Positions 1 to 13,300 of a stretch of DNA of 64,000 nucleotides are shown in pieces; within the stretch, counting starts at the first letter, position 1; each line of letters begins with the position of its first letter. The notes below the pieces were generated by a model, which did not search any database, was not told where the DNA came from, and saw only the letters and a program-made list of their open reading frames with translations. Source of the DNA: Isurus oxyrinchus (Eukaryota); the NCBI GenBank assembly GCA_026770705.1, contig JANJGN010000017.1, positions 86,614,001 to 86,678,000 on the forward strand. The letters are read 5' to 3'. The translations under genes and the position numbers were made by a program.

Positions 1-229
1 CCATTGGGAAGAATTTTCCTGTTATTCTCAGCCCATAATGCTAAGAAATCTGTGCGCCTCTATCAAACCTCCATTCTAACTTCTTTTTGGCAAGGAAAAA
101 AATCTGAGCCTTGAAGTCTATGTAAATTTCACAATGTCCTCATCTTTGGAACCATTTCCATGTTGATTTTCTTTTCATTGTTCAATGCAACTTTGTCCTG
201 GCTGGCTCTGGCTGCATTTTATTCTCCAA

Positions 230-1390
230 AAATTAATCGCCCTTGAGGAGATGGCACTGAGCTGACTTCTTGAACTTCTGAAGTCCATCAGGAACTGGTA
301 CACCTACAGTGCTGATAGCGTGGGAGATCCTGGGTAATGGCTCAGCGACAGTGAAGGAATGGCTATGTTGCTTGAAGTCAGAATAGTGAGTCGTTTGGTG
401 GGGAATTTCCAGTTGCTGGTGTTCCCAAGAACTTGCAGTGCCGTTGTCCTTCCAGGTGGCAGGGGCTGCAGGTTTGGAATGTGTTTTCAAAGGAGACTTA
501 ATGAATGGTCGCATTGCATTTTAGAGATGGTGCACAGTGCTGCAACTGTGCGTTGATGGTGGGGGTAGTGGATGATGGATGAAGTGTCCATCAAAAGGGC
601 TGCTCTGTCCTCGATGACGACGAACCTTTTGAATGTTGTTGGACCCCTTGTCTTGTTAGCAAGTGGCGATTATCCCATCAGGTTCTTGACTTGTGACGTG
701 TAGATGGCGAACAGGTATTTGGGAGTTTGGTTTTTGTCATGCACTGCGGTTTTACTCGACTCTGACCTCTCCTTGTAGCCACAGAATTTGCAAGAGTCAA
801 GTTCAACTCTGGTCAATGGTTACAACCAGATTGTTGATAGTGCGGCATTTAGAGATGTTGCGATCATTGGATTTCAGGGTCAAATATTTGGATTATCTTT
901 TGATGGAGATAATCCTCACCTGGCACTTCCGTAAAGCGAACATTATTTTATTATGAGCCCAAGCCAAAATGCTTTCCAGGCCTTGCTGCATATTGGTACG
1001 GACGTCTTCAGTTGCTGAGCAATCATGAATAGTGCTGAACATTGTGCAAATACAGTCGATCATCTCCACTCCTGAACTTGTGATCAATGAATTTCCTTAA
1101 TGAAGCAGCTGATAATGTTTCAGCCTGCCACAATATCCTCAGGAAACAATTTAGTGATGTCTGGAACTGAGGCAATTAACCTTCAGCAACTAAAGTTATC
1201 TTCCATTATGCTCAGGGTGCTTCCAACTGTTGGTGTCTTTATGCCCTAATTCCCATTGACTCTAGTTGTGCTTGGTCTCCTTGATGTCACACTTGATCAA
1301 ACACCCCTCGATGCCAAGGCATTCAGTCTCAATTCAACTGTTGCGTGCAGTCCATTGACATATTTGGATTAACTCTATAAAAGGCTTTAA
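230..1390 (-). mobile_element. Old non-LTR LINE fragment of a second family (clade not assigned); related pieces at ~7880-8840(+), 10000-10700(+), 26050-26640(-), 40650-41420(+), 48700-49690(+), 55740-56950(-), 60640-61560(-)
   Basis: RT-like SGVEMIDCICTMFS..MQQGLESILAWA and a shared 3' UTR-like nucleotide motif among copies. Confidence 0.6.
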
Positions 1391-1439
1391 TTCTTCTCTC
1401 TCTGTCTCTCTCCCTCTCTCTCTTTCTCTTTAATGTCTT

Positions 1440-2720
1440 CAGGTATTTCCTAAATATTGTTGCCCAGAGGTGGGGACAATCATGAAATTAATCCGAATTA
1501 GTATTTTATAAAAGCTTAATATAACCTCAAAGCCTCCATTCTCTATGCCCGTTTAATAAAACTAGAATGTCCTCTGCTATATTAAGAGACCTCTGAACAG
1601 GTCCTGCCACCTTCAAGGTATATGCTCAAAAACAGCCACCTCCTGCACGTCTTTGACAACCTCCTTTATATTATTTCATATTGTATCTTCACCTTCCTTC
1701 ACTGAATATGGATCAATTATCCCTTTTCTTTATTGCGTTTCAACTGCCACTTGCCAGTTCATCCCACCACCTGCATATGCTTTATTGAATCAATGCACCC
1801 ATCTCCTCACTGTTCACGTTGCTTTAACAAGTGTTAGTGCTGCTTTCTGGGAAGGGCAAATGGACTGACAGTGTGTACAGGAGAATTCCATGACTTTTCT
1901 TTCTTCCCTCTGAAAAGAAAACATTCCTTAACCTCTGATTTAGTTTCTTGTCATTCAGGCAATTTCGTATTATTGTTGCATCTGTCAATATATTCCCTGA
2001 TTTCTCAACTTTCCGCCAAATCTGGTTTGAGTCACGTTATACAAAAATGTTTTTCGGAAGTCAGTGTCCACATCATCAAGAGCAATGCTCTCACCAAACT
2101 ATTGTACTATCTCAGCAACAAAGTATCATCGTCAATTTGTTCAGCGCGACTTTTTCTTAACCAATACATGCTGGCTTTTTTTAAATGACACAATTTCACC
2201 CAGGTGACTATTAATTTTCCTTTCTAACAAGTTCCCCAGGACCGACGGTAAACCTCCTGGCCAGCAATTGCTAAGCTTATATTTGAAACTTTGTGTATTG
2301 AGTAAGGAAGGAACATATGAAGTTCTGCAGCCATCTTGATCCATGCTTGATTCAAAGGAATTCTGGAAGATTATCGCCAGTGCCAGCATATTTTCGACTC
2401 TCATTTCACTTACTGTGCTCGTATGCAATCAATTCGGTGCAGGTGATTTATCAATTTTATACAGAGACAGTCTGTCCAACAATTTTATCGATTTTAAGCA
2501 CTTCACTTCCTGAGTTACCTGGTCTTCCAGAATGACCCGTGCGGTATTTTGTTTCTTGATTAAGACAAATGCATAATTTTTTCATTTAATACCTAAGCCA
2601 TTTCACTGCCTCCACGTGTAAATCTCCTTTTTGTTCCCTGATCGACCATAAACCTCCTTCAAACCTCCCCAACACCCCCAATTAATATTTTATATGTCGA
2701 TAAAAGTATTTTGGAGCTAA
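1440..2720 (-). mobile_element. Old CR1-like LINE fragments
   Basis: Decayed RT-region motifs (KKSQHVLVKKKSR, NLLERKINSHL). Confidence 0.55.
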
Positions 2721-2860
2721 CGTTATGCCAGTTCAATGTTTTTGTTCGAAATATGTTTTTCCTACTTACACTTTTACTACCCTCCCTTCCTTACTCTGAT
2801 TCAAGTTTCTATCCATCTCTCAGTGGCGCCGTTGGAAGAACTGAACGGAGCTAGACTCAC

Positions 2861-2907
2861 CAGCAGTGGAAAAGGCCATCATGAGAGTGGCAGTGGTATA
2901 GATACAT
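2861..2907 (-). CDS. slc43a3: SLC43A3-like A third coding exon
   Basis: ctcctcag|A TGT ATC TAT ACC...GCT G|gtgagt; 47 nt; CIYTTATLMMAFSTA; phase matches the previous exon. Confidence 0.9.
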
Positions 2908-4084
2908 CTGAGGAGCAAAATAAAAAACAAATTAATTAATTTAAACTGAGCCTCACCCTGACCACCATCCTCATCCCATTCACGCCCGCCTGTGAATAGT
3001 GTGAATTCCAATTTCTCCAGCGACATTCACGGCATCAAGATTTCCCAAATCTCTTTGCTGACAAGGGACTTCTAAAGGATACGTGGCCAAATAATTTATA
3101 CATAACTCACTTATAAATTCCTTGTTTGGATCTCAGCTTGGACACTGTGTTCCATTCTGAGCACCACGCTTCAGGAAACATATCATGGCCTTGGAGAGGA
3201 TAAGAGCAATTCACCAAAATGATACCAGAGATGATGGATCAAAATTAACGTGTAGATGAGATTATTCCTCTTGGATCATTGAGGATTAAGGATAGCTTTA
3301 GCAGAGGTGCTTCAAATTATGGAGAACATGATGAGATGTGTAATTAAGTGCTCACTGCCTTCCTCTTCAGCAAATGCAGCAGGGGCAATCAAGCCAGAGT
3401 GGAGCTCCGAAGCCATTCTCTGGTGATGTTTAGACATGACCACAAAACCTCAAACCATCTTCTCATGAGAAAGAGTGCTGTCTAGCATTTGATGAATTAA
3501 GAAGGGGCAAAAACTGTTTTATGAGTCGCAGGAGGTACTCGAGTAGAGGGAGGATGAGATTGAATTAATTCATTCACACTGTTGTTAAGAGCTGAACGCA
3601 GCACATTAAAGAGCACAGGAAAACCTTCCAATGGAAATTTCAAAAGGCAATTTGACATTTTAAATAGTTGACTAATTTGCCAATTGAAAAGCTTATGTTT
3701 TGGAGACAATTTTGAAGCTCTACTCAGTAACCAGCCGGGGCACAATCGATCAAATGGCATCCTTCTCTATTAGAACAATTTGTAATTCTGAGACTTTGCT
3801 GTTGATGCAATTTTACAAAAAAAGAGGAATTTGCTCTGCAAATTTCAGCGTTCCACTCGCACCTCACTAAAAATTTGCCTATAAGTTAATACCCTATGAC
3901 GCAATTCAGTAGTCCCATGACAGTGGCAGCAAATCTTAGTAACTGTGTAAAGCTCTGTCTGAATTACACTGAAGGTAAATTGCCTACTTTTCACCCAGTG
4001 AAAGCATCGAAGGCACCGAAAGCAGGAACATCACTTATCAGATATTGAGTTAAAATCCCTTAAATTGTCCTCACTGAGTGCCCA

Positions 4085-4226
4085 NNNNNNNNNNNNNNNN
4101 NNNNNNNNNNNNNNNNNNNNNNNNNNNNNNNNNNNNNNNNNNNNNNNNNNNNNNNNNNNNNNNNNNNNNNNNNNNNNNNNNNNNNNNNNNNNNNNNNNNN
4201 NNNNNNNNNNNNNNNNNNNNNNNNNN
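4085..4226. other. Assembly gap (N)
   Basis: Run of N. Confidence 1.
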
Positions 4227-5233
4227 TGCTGTTGCTAGTGCTAGCATTTACCAGGTATTTGCAAAGGTTTATCATGGCTTCCCTTTTTGTCTTCTATATT
4301 GCTACTGACAAAAAATGTATCTTGCATACATAGTAAACTTTCTTAGCAAATGACCCCGATAATTTCTAAGACCTTTGCCTATGTGCTTCTGGCTTCTTTT
4401 CAATAGCAAGCTCTTCAAAATGTGCATATTCCTGGCACTTCAGGTTGATTCTCACCATCTGTATCCTTCATAATTATTCGTATTAGGTTATATCTTCCAC
4501 ATCTCTTCCCATTTCAGCAGTCCGGCAGGTCCACCTGATATCTGCTACTGAACATCTTATGATTTACTACGGTGAAATTGTAGAACCATTCCCAATTCAA
4601 GATTTCGCTTGTTTGCTGCATTGTATCCCTTAGCCAGCTTCATAGCAAAGTAATGTGCTTCTCTTTGGAGTTTTTGTTTTCTGAATGAATGTATTAGATG
4701 ATACTTTCTGTATTTCCTGATTATTTTCCTGTGCAAACATGGCCCTGGAGCTCTGTGGAACCTTTTTGTTCCTTTGCTCCCTCTCTCTGCCCTATCTCCA
4801 CTGCTTTCTGTCCATCACTAGCTCATCCTCCTCCCTGGTTCTTTCTTTCTCACCCAATGCTTAACACTTCCCGCCCCTGAGCCCTTCTCTCCTCTCATTT
4901 TCCTTCTTCTACCTATCTCTTCATCAGCCCAAATTGCTGGTAATGCTCTGCCCCACCACCCAAGCTCTGCAGCGCTTCTTTCTCCTCCTGACCTGCCCCT
5001 CACCCTTCTGCTCCTCCTCCTTATGATATTTCACACTCCTCTTCATTCTGCTGGCTTACAACCGGCCTCCTGCCCGGATTGCACATCTTCCCTCCTAGAC
5101 ATCCGACTCGTTCGCCAGATTTCCCTTGCACATCTTGAGGCACCTCATCCTGGACCTGTCAATTCACTCACTGTCATTTTCCCCCACCAAGCGACATAGA
5201 ACCTGCAATATCAGCAAAGATGTGAGTACTTAC

Positions 5234-5366
5234 ATGGCCAAGATGCGGATGGCCATGGTGCCAAAGTAGTCAAACAGGGCACCACTGGGGAAGGCTAGGA
5301 AGTTGAATGTGAAAGAGGCAATGGTGAAGACGAGGCATAATTGTTCGTCCTGCAGATGACAGCCAA
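5234..5366 (-). CDS. slc43a3: SLC43A3-like A second coding exon
   Basis: tctctgtcag|TT GGC TGT...GCC AT|gtaagt; 133 nt; GCHLQDEQLCLVFTIASFTFNFLAFPSGALFDYFGTMAIRILA. Confidence 0.92.
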
Positions 5367-6402
5367 CTGACAGAGAAACAACATGAACGTGCATCAGAAA
5401 GAAATTGTGAGTGGAGAAAAATAATAACTTAAGCACCCGTCCCAAACTTATGATGTTCTAAGTCATGTGACGACTGACCAAATGCGTTTGAACTAAAGGA
5501 GCAGATTTGAGAAACATTGCTTTGCTTCCTTTCATCCTGTATTGCCATGTTCCTACGCCCCTGTTCCTCAATCCATTCATTGTGCTCATTCTCACCCCTC
5601 TCCTCTCTATGCTCATCTCAGTCCTCACCGCCCCTCCTCCCCATTCACACTCTTACCATCAGCTTTGCCCCCCGCCGGTCCTGCCACTCCCCTTCACTAA
5701 CATTTCTCAGCCCTGTCCATTATTGTCCCAATAAAACTGTTCCCCAGACTCCTCCATTTTCCCTCTATTTCTTTCGTTCCCTCAGTCTCCCCTCCATCTC
5801 TTCAATCATCTTCATCTACCCGTCTCATTCCATTCAGTTTCATCTGCCCCTCAGCCTCTCCCATTTCACTCCCAGTCCTTCTGCTCCCCTGCCCTCGACA
5901 CTTCCATTGTTGTTCTCATTATTTTGCCATGGCTCCATCTCCGCCTCTTCCTCAGACTCTGCCAACAAGCTTCTCCGTCCCTATCTACCCATTGCCTTTA
6001 CACTATTACTTTCCTTCATCTCTTGCCTGATTCCATGTTCAATCTCCATGATTCGCTCCACTTAGTTTCCTCACTCATTATATTTATTCTACATCTCTTT
6101 CTCACAAATCCATTCATTCCTTTGTGTCCCCTCCCTCTTGGACACTGAATCATCTTCTCTGGTAATCTTTTCACCCACCCTTATCTATATCTCTCAATCT
6201 CATCCTGCACCTATTCCTTTTTTACCTTTATACTATTGGCTTTCTCTAGCTATTCATCTCCTTAGCTCTGCCAATTTCCCTCACCTAACCCTCCCTCTTT
6301 ATCTCCCCTTTCTTTGGTCCAGCTTCCATTACATTTTCCTCATCTTTTCTGTAAGCTTCACCATCCCATTACATATGCCCCCCGCCATCTATTTCAATAT
6401 AT

Positions 6403-6438
<36 letters not shown>

Positions 6439-6476
6439 CCCCTCTGTCGAAGAACTTACACAAACCTAACATTTAC

Positions 6477-6670
6477 ATGTGCCATTCCTTGCTCCGGCTA
6501 TGCTGGAGTTGGAGTTGTTCAGTGCAGCAGAGATCGAGGAAATATTTCTCCTTCTTCAGCACGAAGACGAGTGAGACCCAACCATATATCACCCCCGTGA
6601 AGCCGAGGCACTCTAATATCCCTGTGGCAAAGCTCAAGTACCACTTTAATCTCTCAGCAAAATGATGCAT
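6477..6670 (-). CDS. slc43a3: SLC43A3-like A first coding exon
   Basis: ATG 6670, [48 protein letters not shown]; donor GTAAAT at 6476. Upstream acceptor ttgtttaag gives exon start 6727 and a 57-nt UTR part, the same length as in copy B. Confidence 0.9.
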
Positions 6671-7370
6671 TTCTCACTTCTCATTGAAAACTGTCTTCAA
6701 TATCTTGGCATCTTCTTCTTACTTTGCCTTAAACAAACAACGAAATCCTAATTGTAGCAAATCTTTCACAACGACAGGGCACACAAATAATGTTAGTGTG
6801 TTTACGAAGTGTATTTGTTTGTGCACCCTTGGAAATCCATCATCCACTTTGGGCAAAACAAGGCATCACAAAGAGCGATATTACAATGTTTGCTCCTTTG
6901 CTTTATACGAAGCTTGTTTTTTGTTTAGTTTCGGGCCTAAGATCATTGGGAAGAGCTCAACTGTTCTTCTTATAGAAGGGCCGATGGAGCCCTTCAGGCC
7001 AACTGATAAGGAAGATGCGGCTATATTTTGTTTAGCATTGGAAGGAAACATTTCCAAAGTGCAGCGCTGCCTCATTCCAGGCCATCTGACAGTGCATCGC
7101 TCTCTCTACCCTGAACAAACAAAAGTGTGTCACTCCTTGAGGCTAGATGATCAACCTTTGCTTTAACCTCTAAGCTCTGAGCTTCCCACAGTCCAAACCT
7201 GCCCTAATCAGTGCATTGCCCACTTGGCCATGGCCGCATAACAGTGTAGCACTCGCCCTGTGCTGCGTAGCCTACTATTCCACCACAGTTTTTATTGATC
7301 TTCAGACTGCGCTAAATTCTCTTGGTAGAACGCTTATGCACCGTTGCCTAGCCAAGCATTATAAGCTTAT

Positions 7371-7430
7371 CCACTCACCATGAGAATCTGCTGCACAAAA
7401 AATGTAGCCCTTCCGGTTTATTTAATCCCG
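7371..7430 (-). promoter_or_regulatory. Candidate promoter / non-coding first exon of paralog A
   Basis: Minus-strand ETS-type ACCGGAAG (7417-7410) about 30 nt upstream of a consensus donor G|GTGAGT (7378). The first coding exon has an upstream acceptor, so a non-coding exon is expected. Confidence 0.35.
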
Positions 7431-7881
7431 TTCCAATATCAGTGCAGCAATTGAACGAGGACATGCAACTGACCATCTGTTTGATTCTGCGGAATGTGAT
7501 GGAGAGAAAGTTAGAAGTTCGAGGCAAAGGCAGTCAAAGAGAAACGTAGAAGAGAAGGAGAGACAAGACAGACTTTTGTTGCAATGAGGCTGTAACCACA
7601 GCAGGAGGACCAAATATATTAAAGGTATTTCTTCTTCCCGATTTCCATTCACTGTTCTAATATACAATCGTGACAACAAATATGTGTACAGCAGAAGCTC
7701 ACAAATACCTAAGGAAAAATCTCCTCTCATATAGATTTACTAAGTGCGGTTAGATGAAATTTGACAATTTAATCAGAACACGTGGGGCAACAGCGCATGT
7801 TCTTCTTTCAATCCCCCCCACCACCACACCGCCCCCCCCCCCCCCGCCCCCACGTTATGTATTTTGATACCCGATAGGCAG

Positions 7882-8843
7882 GCATGTTGATAATGTGCAA
7901 ACTTGTTAATCTATATCCTGTCTTGACAAAAAAACTGTCATTCAATCCAACCAATGATAATGCTTTCAATCGGCAGCTTGGTGATCAAAGGTTTTTTGGC
8001 TGTGCTCCCCAAGCGGACTTTCTGGAATAACTTGCTCTACCATGATCAGCATGGATTCCAGCAGAGCCATTCGGCAACATAACTCTTCGGATCATCGGCC
8101 CAAATTTGAAAAGAAGAGTTGAATTCAAGAGGCAAAGTAAGAGCGATTTTACTCGACCAAGTTAAGCAATTGAATAGACAGCATTTGGTGAAGTGAGACA
8201 TAAAACCTTAATTTTTTTGGACGGAGGAAAGAAAGTGTCTAATTTTTGCACTGATGGTACCTAACACAAAGAACGATGGTTATGTCTAATGGAGGCTCAT
8301 CATATTTTCCCAGCACGTCGCCTCAGGAGTTCCTCAACTTCAGCAGGCCAAACCATCTACAGTTGCTCGATCAACGATCTTCAGACAACCTAAGGTTTGA
8401 AGTGAGGATGTTCACTGAAATTAAGTAATCTGTACCATTCACACGTCAGAAAATGAAGCACTTTGTGCTGGTAGGTGGCAACATCTGAGAGGCATAAATG
8501 TTTCTGCTGAAAGATAAATCATCGTAATTAAATGGCGCTCAGTCTGAAACACTCCATGTGCCACGATTGAGGTTAATTCCACACCAATCGGCATGCACCA
8601 TGTGAAAGATAAACTGCAGCAATTCGCCAAGGCTCCACCGATAGCACCTCGCACAGCCAGCATGTTGATAATGTGCAAAATTGTTAATCTATACCCTGTC
8701 TTGACAAAAAAACTGTCATTCAATCCAACCAATTACCGCTCAATGATAATGCTTTCAATCGGCAGCTTGGTGATCAAAGGTTTTTTGGCTGTGCTCCCCA
8801 AGCGGACTTTCTGGAATAACTTGCTCTACCATGATCAGCATGG
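7882..8843 (+). repeat. Near-identical direct repeat, 7882-8054 and 8660-8843
   Basis: gcatgttgataatgtgcaaa...catgatcagcatgg occurs twice, with about 2-3 differences plus an 11-nt indel (taccgctcaat). Confidence 0.95.
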
Positions 8844-9310
8844 TCGAGGTTTATATAATGGAAATACCTTGGGATGTCAAGCAGAGATTATTAGATTATG
8901 TTCATTTTGGGGATGATCCCGACTGGCGTCACCGTGATGTCAATGTTATTACCACGTATCAGCATTGGCCTGAATGTTGCTCAGGTCTTGTTTTCTCAAA
9001 AAAATGTATATATTATACGTTACTCCGCAGCAAATTGGCCTGAACTCCGTGAAATCATCTTGCTGCTTCGCAGTTATGATATATTTCACCTCTCTTTCAC
9101 GATCAACTTTTGGTCTGCTCTGCTCCACCCCTATTCGTTTCTCACTTTTTCTGCCCTTCCCTCTCTGGCATGTACTCTCTTGGCATCTTCAAAAAGATAA
9201 TCTTGTGTATCATAACGGCTCTTATTTTCAACTCTCCCTCGACACTTCCCTCTCTCAACTTCCCTCTTTCAAGTTCCCTCTCCCTCCATTGCTCTCTTCT
9301 TCCTTCATGT

Positions 9311-9319
9311 ATTTCTTTT

Positions 9320-9375
<56 letters not shown>

Positions 9376-9396
9376 TCCTCATTTCTTCCTTTCTTC
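9311..9396 (+). repeat. (TTTC)n microsatellite
   Basis: Direct reading. Confidence 0.95.
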
Positions 9397-10719
9397 CACG
9401 CAGAGAAGCTACTTTCCATATCTGGGAATGTTTCCGAGCAGCTGGCCAGTGTCCTGCTTCCTCCCTCTCGCAATTATTTTGTCTACTACTGTACGAATCT
9501 GCAAATACGTGTGTTTTTGCTTTTGTAGCCCACAACTCCCTCTTACAGTCAGCCAGCACCTTTTTACTTCACCGGGACCGACATCAAAAGTGAGAGGGTA
9601 TACTTGGCAGAAAAAAATAAAATAACATGCTGTGTATCGCCTTTGTGGAAAAGGGAAAGATGAGGGCGCACCCTATGCTGAGAAGTGTTTTTCCAATTCT
9701 GAGGCGGAGATTGAAACTCGAGGCCATCGTTATCAGATAGTCAGTAGTAAATCCAATCGAGAATACAGGTGAAAAGTCTTCAGGCAGAGAAGTGAGAAAG
9801 CGCAGATGCTTGCCCCAGGGACTGGTTGAAATTTGAAGACATTTGAAATGAAGGTGCCCAAACAAATGAGCTGGAAATGAAAGAGAAGACATTTTGGTGG
9901 CTTGAGGTTGAGAAGTGTAGGAGGAAAATCGTGAGGTAAAAAATGGTGGTTTTGACCTATTGATCGAAGGACCTTTTTTATGTAATGTAAATATGTTGCA
10001 GGTCACTAATCCATTTATTCATGGAACGCCCGAAATTGGTCATCAGCGTGTCCAATGAAAGCCTCTGGTGGTTCGTTAATTTAAACTGGTTATCTAATTC
10101 TTCAAATATTTCAGAGCAACTTTGAGTTAGAACCGTTGGCCAGAAATTTGGCAGCCAATAATTTATGTGGCTATAAAAGCAACACCGAGCCTGGAAATTC
10201 TGCAGTGAATACAGACCCTCCTGAACCGTAACGCCCATCCCATAATCTACATGGCAGAGGTCCGGAGTATGATGCAATAACCTGAACTTTTCATATAGAT
10301 GCAGTGCAAACGCCACACAAGATGTTCCACACCAAAAAAACAACGCAGCCTGCCTTCCTCCACCACCCATTCACCGTGAATGGAGTCTGTAGTATCAATA
10401 TGGTAAGCCTGCCTCGGAAACACCATAAACACCCGAATACCAACCACCGAGAATAAAAGGGTCAGTGGTTATTAGCGGACACAGCCAGCTTAAGATTCCC
10501 CTTCAACTCAAATACCTCGGGAAATAGTCATTGCTTCCTTCATTTGTGGTGGGGCAAGGTCTGGAAGCTCTTACTCTCTCCCGAAGAACACTGTGTACGT
10601 ACCAATTCGGGTGGGCGACATCGTTAAGGAAGACGGCGGCTATCAGCAATGGCTAATCATGTCTGGCTTCTCCAGAGAAACTCTGCGAGACAAAAGTAAT
10701 TCCTGCTTCTTTATTGACA

Positions 10720-13300
10720 ACTTTTCCTATTCTCTCTCTATCTATCTATCTCTCTCTCTCGGTCTCTCTCTCTCTCTACCACTCTTTCTATCTCTCTATA
10801 TCTCTTTCTCTCTCTATTTCTATCTCTCTGTCCATCTATCTATCTATCTCCATATTCTCTGATTTCTCCTACTCTCTTCGTTTCTATCCCTTTATCCATT
10901 CTTCTCTATCTCCGGGTAGAATCATAAATATGTAGTAAAAGAAGGAGTTGAAAGTCTCGATTTCATTCCACTTACCAGCTCCTCTGATAGATTTGTGTAA
11001 CTTATGGCATTTCAAAAGCATGTCTATCTATGAGTGTGCTTTGTTTTTTTCACTTGGGGAATGTATGTACTTCTGCGATCATTCCATACATGGATTCACA
11101 GACACGGACCACATTCTGGGTAAAGAAATTTATTTAAAAGACAAATTAATTGATCAGCCAGTTATATTCTCTATGTTCTTCGTTACTTGTTTCTCATCGA
11201 AGGAAATAAACCAATCCTATATAATCTATCAACGGGCCTTCTTAATGTTATACGCTTCCAATTATCATCTCCACAGCCATCTCTGTTCTAAAGAAAACAG
11301 CGTTAGCCTGTCCAAAGATCCCTTATAGAATATTTCTCCATTTCTGGCATCTGTATAAATATCCTACGAGCCCTGTATCGTGTGATCATCTCCTTCCAGT
11401 AATGTGATGAACTGAACTATCAGCCGTTTCCAGCTGTCATCTCACTCGTGTTTTAAACAGTTTTAACGAAACCCCCCGCTTCTTATCTGCTATAGTTCGG
11501 ATAAAAAAAATAAGTTATCAGTTTTTCCTCTTAAACCCCATACATGCTACTTCAGGTATTCGCGGACATAAAAATCCAGAATCCTTTTGCTACTCGACAG
11601 TTTTCATTTTTGTCCACATTATGAGGTCCCTGTCGCTTGTGTTGAATTGTTCTCTGTTTGCTCAGTAGTTATTTTTTTGTTTTTGGCCTCAAATGCTTGT
11701 TAACAAGCAATAGCACTGAAATAGAAACCTGCCAGTTAAGGCCCTTTCCAGGTCAGGTGTGAAGCCGCCAAGATGTCTCATGCTGCGATTCTTTCCGTTT
11801 GTTTTGAAATTTGTCAATTAGCTACCGAGAACCTGTTGCAACAAGAACCAAGGACTATACAGATAGCATCCAGTGTTCCTTCCGAGCGAGCTACACCCAG
11901 CTTCGACTAATTTCCCCATTCCATCTAAATTATTCATACTGTCGCTGCATTCCTGTTCATCTTTATCTCACTTTTTCAGGTGTTATCCATCTATGTGTTT
12001 ATTTACGATTCTTGCTTTCCGAGTTTATTTCTCTCTCATTCTCCCCCCGCCCACAAACACCGCCCCACCCCCCGCCTCTTTCTCTGTCTCTCCCTCTTTC
12101 TCTCTCTCTCTCTCTATTTAGCAATGTATCTATCGGTCACACTCTATCTATCTCTCTCACTCCCTCTCATTTTCTCTATTTACCTCCTTATATGTATCCC
12201 GCATCCCCGTCTTTCTCCTCCTCTCTTCCTCTCGTCATCCGTCTTTAACCTTCCCTCCCCCTCTCTGACCCCTCACTCCTTATACCTCCTGCTCTCTCCC
12301 CTGCGTAAAGTCATCAAAAATTACATCACTGAAGGGGCTGACATCCCGATGTCTCATACATAAAGTATATTTCAATTTACCAGCTCTGGGTAAGCAGTCT
12401 AGTAAATTAAGACATTTCAAGTCACACTTGTCAAGCGCTGTTTTTTTTTTGTTGTAACATTTATTTGGGAAGAAATTCAAGCTCCAAAAACATTTCAGAG
12501 AGTGATAGCCAAACACAGCTCACTTTCCAGGCACATGCAATTATGCTCTTACCATCTCAATCCTACAAGCAATCATCTCCAACGATTTCCCCGGATACTT
12601 ATCTATGATCTAAGAAAAGTAAATTCTCCCTTTCTATTCATCCAGGGAGCAGCCGTCAACCAACCGGTTTTGAACAAACCTCCATGTTTCTTTTCCGCTC
12701 TACTTTAATAAAGGAAGATATACAATTTGTCTCCCTAACCTCCATACCTGTTTGTTCTTCTCTCTTCATCGCGCACGGACATAGAAATTCAGAATAAATT
12801 TCCCCCTCTGTATGTTTATTACATCGTGCAACATATACGCTCAACGAATGCTATCCCGCTGTGTTGAAGAGTTCACAGATTGTTCAGTTGTTAATCATTG
12901 CTGTTGAGCACTAATTCTTGTTTATCAAATGATCAGCATTGAAACAATAACAAAAACAGAATTACCTGGAAAAACTCAGCAGGTCTGGCAGCATCGGCGG
13001 AGAAGAAAAGAGTTGACGTTTCGAGTCCTCATGACCCTTCGACAGAACAGAGCATTGAAACAATTACCTGACAGGCAAGTCCCTTTATAGCGCAGATGTG
13101 AAACTATTGACACAACTATGCAGCGGTTGGCTGGGACTAGTTCAGTTTTTTTTTTCAAAAGTAACGTGTTCTTTTACCAGCTCTATATTTGATGATTCAA
13201 CAATTCAACGTCAATTTTTTTTTGTGGCTTTGTTTGTGTGTCTGAAAACAACCCACGTTGAAAGTGTGCTTAACAAAAATGTTTGATTATTCAATCTAAC
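10720..13300 (-). repeat. Two inverted copies of the same array unit
   Basis: Reverse complements of 11680-11800 (aaacggaaagaatcgcagc..ggcttcacacctgacctgg) and 13050-13150 (cagccaaccgctgcatagttgtgtcaatagtttcacatc) match the core; CR1 tails and CT-rich spacers are mirrored. Confidence 0.8.
12949..13050 (-). mobile_element. Short Penelope terminal fragment with 14-bp TSD
   Basis: Identical by eye to ~30045-30144; flanked by agcattgaaacaat at 12935-12948 and 13051-13064. Confidence 0.9.

Larger units (their letters stand above)
2861..6727 (-). pseudogene. slc43a3: SLC43A3 (ENBT1)-like paralog A, 5' part (3 coding exons in window), frameshifted in first coding exon
   Basis: Exons translate to [24 protein letters not shown] / QDEQLCLVFTIASF...FDYFGT / CIYTTATLMMAFSTA, typical of the SLC43A3 N-terminus, with AG/GT boundaries. 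The first coding exon is 194 nt from ATG (phase 2) but the next exon needs phase 1. Confidence 0.8.

Noticed and set aside
1-2860. Further exons of paralog A
   Set aside because: No GGILLxxTNxQ-type exon found; the region is LINE debris, so the exon is outside the window or lost.
6454-6459. Stronger alternative donor GTAAGT (minus strand) that might rescue paralog A
   Set aside because: It lies beyond the in-frame TAA at 6475-6473.
5507-6665. Long plus-strand ORFs (182 aa, 175 aa) and similar S/L/P/F-rich ORFs at 8974, 18606, 27582 and 37338
   Set aside because: Artefacts of CT/GA-rich low-complexity DNA that lacks stop codons; no domain similarity.
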